This document shows positions 31,526 to 34,327 of a stretch of DNA of 34,327 bases, piece by piece; within the stretch, counting starts at the first letter, position 1, and each line of letters opens with the position of its first letter. The DNA is from Arcobacteraceae bacterium (GTDB lineage Bacteria; Campylobacterota; Campylobacteria; Campylobacterales; Arcobacteraceae). The notes under the pieces were generated by a model that had not been told where the DNA came from, did no database searches, and saw nothing but the letters and a program-made list of their open reading frames with translations. The DNA is taken from the NCBI GenBank assembly GCA_048268245.1, contig JBLWVX010000029.1, forward strand, positions 1-34,327, in the 5' to 3' direction. The position numbers and the translations under genes are program-made.

Positions 31526-31541
31526 GTTTGGAAAATTATTT

Positions 31542-31805
31542 TTAATTTGAATAATGATCTCTATGATATTTAATACACTCTGAATCTAACTTGTTTTTCT
31601 TAAAGTCTACAATCAACTTTTCTTCTGCTATAACAGTTAATGTTAAGTCATCTTCAATAACAAATCCACCATTATCAAATAATACATGATTTGGGCATAA
31701 ACATAATAAGTTATATAATTTACTAGAACCATTATAAGGTAATCCTAATGGATTGATACGTGAATCTTTAAGTTCCATATTATAAGAAAATAGTTTCACA
31801 ATCAA
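31542..31805 (-). pseudogene. HNH endonuclease C-terminal remnant
   Basis: RINPLG..YNG....NLLCLCPNH-VLFDNG resembles HIxPL...N.L.LCPNHH..FD.G with the first His and one of the HH pair lost; no N-terminal domain. Confidence 0.7.
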
Positions 31806-31854
31806 TATATTAATATTACCATTATAAATAACTAAAAAAATTATTGTTTTAAGC

Positions 31855-31878
31855 TATCATAAAATATATTTTATGATA
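31855..31878. repeat. Perfect 24-bp palindrome TATCATAAAATATATTTTATGATA
   Basis: Self-complementary; carries a TATGAT -10-like hexamer on both strands. Confidence 0.8.
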
Positions 31879-31937
31879 TTATATTTAATTAAAAGGGAAT
31901 AAGATGAAACGTAATAAAACAATTATCACTACAGGAC

Positions 31938-32239
31938 TTATAGTGATGTTTTTTTATTATGTCCATTTCTATAATTTGGATTGTCAGATTCTTGGTGTTT
32001 CACATAACCTAAGTGAGAAGTTAATTCTTCTTCTGTAGCAGTTTGTAAAGCTTCTTTGAGTAAGCCTTTAAATTCATCTAAAATACCATCTAATGATACT
32101 TCTTTACCTTCTTTTATTTGTCTTCTTAATTCTTCTTTATTTAGTATTCCCATAATGTAAATCCTTTAAATAAATCTACTAGATAAATTCTATCTAATAA
32201 ATTGATATTTTTGGATTTACACAGTTATTTTACACTACC
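31938..32239 (-). mobile_element. Truncated IS256-family element: left terminal IR plus about 70 codons of transposase (31938..32153)
   Basis: EEELTSHLGY.KH......NYRNG IS256 N-terminal motif; end sequence GGTAGTGTAAAATAACTGTGTAAA (minus strand from 32239) resembles IS256-family IRs; AAGGA RBS. Confidence 0.85.
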
Positions 32240-32268
32240 TAATGAGTAATTGTATCTGACCCAGTCCT

Positions 32269-34221
32269 TTAACCTAAGGGCAATTCGATGATGAATCTAG
32301 CCCCTTTACTAGTATTTTCTACACTTAATTTACCATTTAAACTTTCTGTAACTATTTTATGACTCATATACAAGCCTAAACCTGTTCCCTGAGATTTGTG
32401 TTTTGTTGTAAAATATGGTTCAAAAATATGGTTTATTACACTTTTGGGAACTCCACCTGCATTATCTTCAATTGAGATAAATACCCTATCCTTATTTTTA
32501 CTTAAATTTAATATTATAGTTGGATTTTCAATATTTCTTTCTACAAATATATCTTTAGCATTATTAACAATATTTATAATTACTTGTGAAAGCTCACCTG
32601 CTACAAGTTTTATCTCAATAGGTTCTACTTGAGAAATATTTGTTTCAAGCTCTATATAATTGTTTTTTAAAGTGGCATTTAATAAATTAAACATTTCATT
32701 TAGTCTATCTTGAATAACTACTATTTTATACTCTTTTTCCTCTTTTATAAAATTTCTAAAAGTCTCAATTGTTTCACTAAGATACATTGTACTAATATTA
32801 ATCTCATCCAACTCTTCAAGCAATAATTCATCAGTTAACAGACCCATCTCTTTTTGAAACTTAATACCAGTAGAAGCTGTTCTAATTATACTAAGAGGCT
32901 GTCTCCATTGGTGTGCAATGTTTCCAATCATCTCTCCAATTGATGCCATTTTTGCTTGTTCTAAAAGTTGTACTTGTTGTCTTTCAAACTCTTTTAAATT
33001 TGTAACATCATAATTTACACCCAATACATATAATGGATTATCATCTTCGTCATAAATAGTCTTACCTGAAGCTTTTATATATTTTAAGCCTTTTTTTGTT
33101 TTTATTCTAAAAGTTGTTTGAAATTTGATTTTTTTCTCTATGGATTCTTGAAGTTTTTCTTGAGCATCTAACATATCATCTTCATATAAAGCTTGTACCC
33201 ATAACTGATAATCTGTTTGACTAGTATGTTTATCAACCTCATATAAATGATACATTTCATCATCCCAATCTAAAGTATCAGTTTTTATATCCCATTTCCA
33301 TATGCCTATTTGTGCAGTTTTAGTAGCTTCTGATAACTTCATAGTTGTTTCTTTTAGCTTATTATATGACTCTTCAAGACTTTTAAATAAATATCTTCTT
33401 GTGTTATTCTTTAAAAAATATACAACAAGTAAAACTATAAATAAAAGTAAGACTTTTATAAAAATTGTAAAATTAAAATAATCATTATACTTTTTTAATA
33501 ACTCATTATTTAAACCATTGATTTTCTTATCTAAAATATTCAAAGGAATACCAGTAGCAATAATCCAATTATACTTTTCATACAATTTAGCATAAGATAA
33601 TTTTTTTGTGATTTTTTGTGATGTAAACTCTTTGAAATAATAAGAATAAAAAACTTCTTTGTTTTTTAAAATACCTTCTAACTCTTCTTTATAGGGAAGA
33701 TTTCCTTTTATATCTTTTGCTTTTAGTGATAAATAAATACCCTCAGTTTTTTTTAGATTTGGATGAATTAATCTTTTTGCATATTTTTCTTTCTTATTAA
33801 TATTCTCAATTTTATTAATCCAAGTGTATCTTTGTTTCTCAAAAATGCTTCCATAAAGGTAAGAACGAACTTCTTCTTCAAAAAGTTTATAATTTTCATC
33901 TGTTAGATTCAAAGAATTATTTCCTGAAAGTTTTTGTTTTTTTATATAGAAATTGTAAATATTATCAATAAAGTAAATTGTGGTATGTATTGACTCTTTT
34001 AACCTTTGTTTATACTCTTCAACAATATTTTCTTCTGTAAGTTTTATTTGATTTTGAATATTTAACTTTTTTGATTTTAAATCAATATACGTTGAAGTAA
34101 AAACTAAAGTAAGAATAATAAAAAAAACAGAATATAAATACTTATTGTATTTAGCTGTTTTTTTATCTAAATTTATATTTATATCTATATGTTCATCCAC
34201 AATATATGCCTTTAAATTCAT
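32269..34221 (-). CDS. Sensor histidine kinase (TM - Cache-like - TM - PAS - HisKA - HATPase); start uncertain
   Basis: KLSYAKLYEKYNWIIATG Cache-like end, IGIWKWD..WDDEMY PAS_3, IAHQWRQPL H-box, N-box NIVNNAKD, DNAGG, FEPYFTTK, GTGLGL. Confidence 0.9.
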   Translation of the reverse strand: MNLKAYIVDEHIDININLDKKTAKYNKYLYSVFFIILTLVFTSTYIDLKSKKLNIQNQIKLTEENIVEEYKQRLKESIHTTIYFIDNIYNFYIKKQKLSGNNSLNLTDENYKLFEEEVRSYLYGSIFEKQRYTWINKIENINKKEKYAKRLIHPNLKKTEGIYLSLKAKDIKGNLPYKEELEGILKNKEVFYSYYFKEFTSQKITKKLSYAKLYEKYNWIIATGIPLNILDKKINGLNNELLKKYNDYFNFTIFIKVLLLFIVLLVVYFLKNNTRRYLFKSLEESYNKLKETTMKLSEATKTAQIGIWKWDIKTDTLDWDDEMYHLYEVDKHTSQTDYQLWVQALYEDDMLDAQEKLQESIEKKIKFQTTFRIKTKKGLKYIKASGKTIYDEDDNPLYVLGVNYDVTNLKEFERQQVQLLEQAKMASIGEMIGNIAHQWRQPLSIIRTASTGIKFQKEMGLLTDELLLEELDEINISTMYLSETIETFRNFIKEEKEYKIVVIQDRLNEMFNLLNATLKNNYIELETNISQVEPIEIKLVAGELSQVIINIVNNAKDIFVERNIENPTIILNLSKNKDRVFISIEDNAGGVPKSVINHIFEPYFTTKHKSQGTGLGLYMSHKIVTESLNGKLSVENTSKGARFIIELPLG

Positions 34222-34327
34222 CTAAAATACCATCTAATGATACTTCTTTACCTTCTTTTATTTGTCTTCTTAATTCTTCTTCTGTAGCAGTTTGTAAAGC
34301 TTCTTTGAGTAAGCCTTTAAATTCATC
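34208..34327 (-). mobile_element. Second IS256 transposase fragment, rearranged with 105-bp periodicity; runs off the window edge
   Basis: 34208-34281 is identical to 32064-32137 and 34270-34327 is identical to 32021-32078. Confidence 0.85.

Noticed and set aside
31388..31541. tRNA or ncRNA as the island integration target
   Set aside because: No cloverleaf, T-loop GTTCGA or CCA end found; the junction is within or at fliP
34208..34327. Possible CRISPR-like repeat-spacer structure (GCCTTTAAATTCATC recurring)
   Set aside because: The whole stretch, including the intervening sequence, matches transposase coding sequence; no unique spacers or cas genes

Overview
AT-rich window (roughly 26-28% GC by eye) that looks like an Arcobacteraceae (Campylobacterota) chromosome. 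About 31 kb is mostly core genome: a REC/HD-GYP response regulator, overlapping divergent yhdP-like and mltG genes, icd-mdh, a metal-homeostasis patch (HMA protein, decayed HTH-2TM gene, CDF exporter, atypical RcnR/CsoR repressor), and a rhodanese-like/MnmC1-like operon divergent from cbpA-hspR with two HAIR-like operators. It continues with ppiD-ftsA-ftsZ, recD2, arsC, a Tat-dependent two-subunit GMC flavoprotein with apparently non-canonical active-site motifs, fliK and a FlhB-C-like gene, mreD-like/mrdA, a gate-domain membrane protein and fliP. At the 3' end of fliP the sequence turns accessory. There is an att-like junction (13-bp direct repeat and ATATCCA arm-type repeats), a decayed HNH nuclease, a truncated secreted-protein stub behind a 24-bp palindrome, and a Cache-PAS histidine kinase between two IS256-family fragments. 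The second fragment is a 105-bp circular permutation or tandem duplication of the first and supplies the kinase ORF's ATG. No rRNA, tRNA or CRISPR array was seen. All family calls come from motif recognition by eye; no database search was run.
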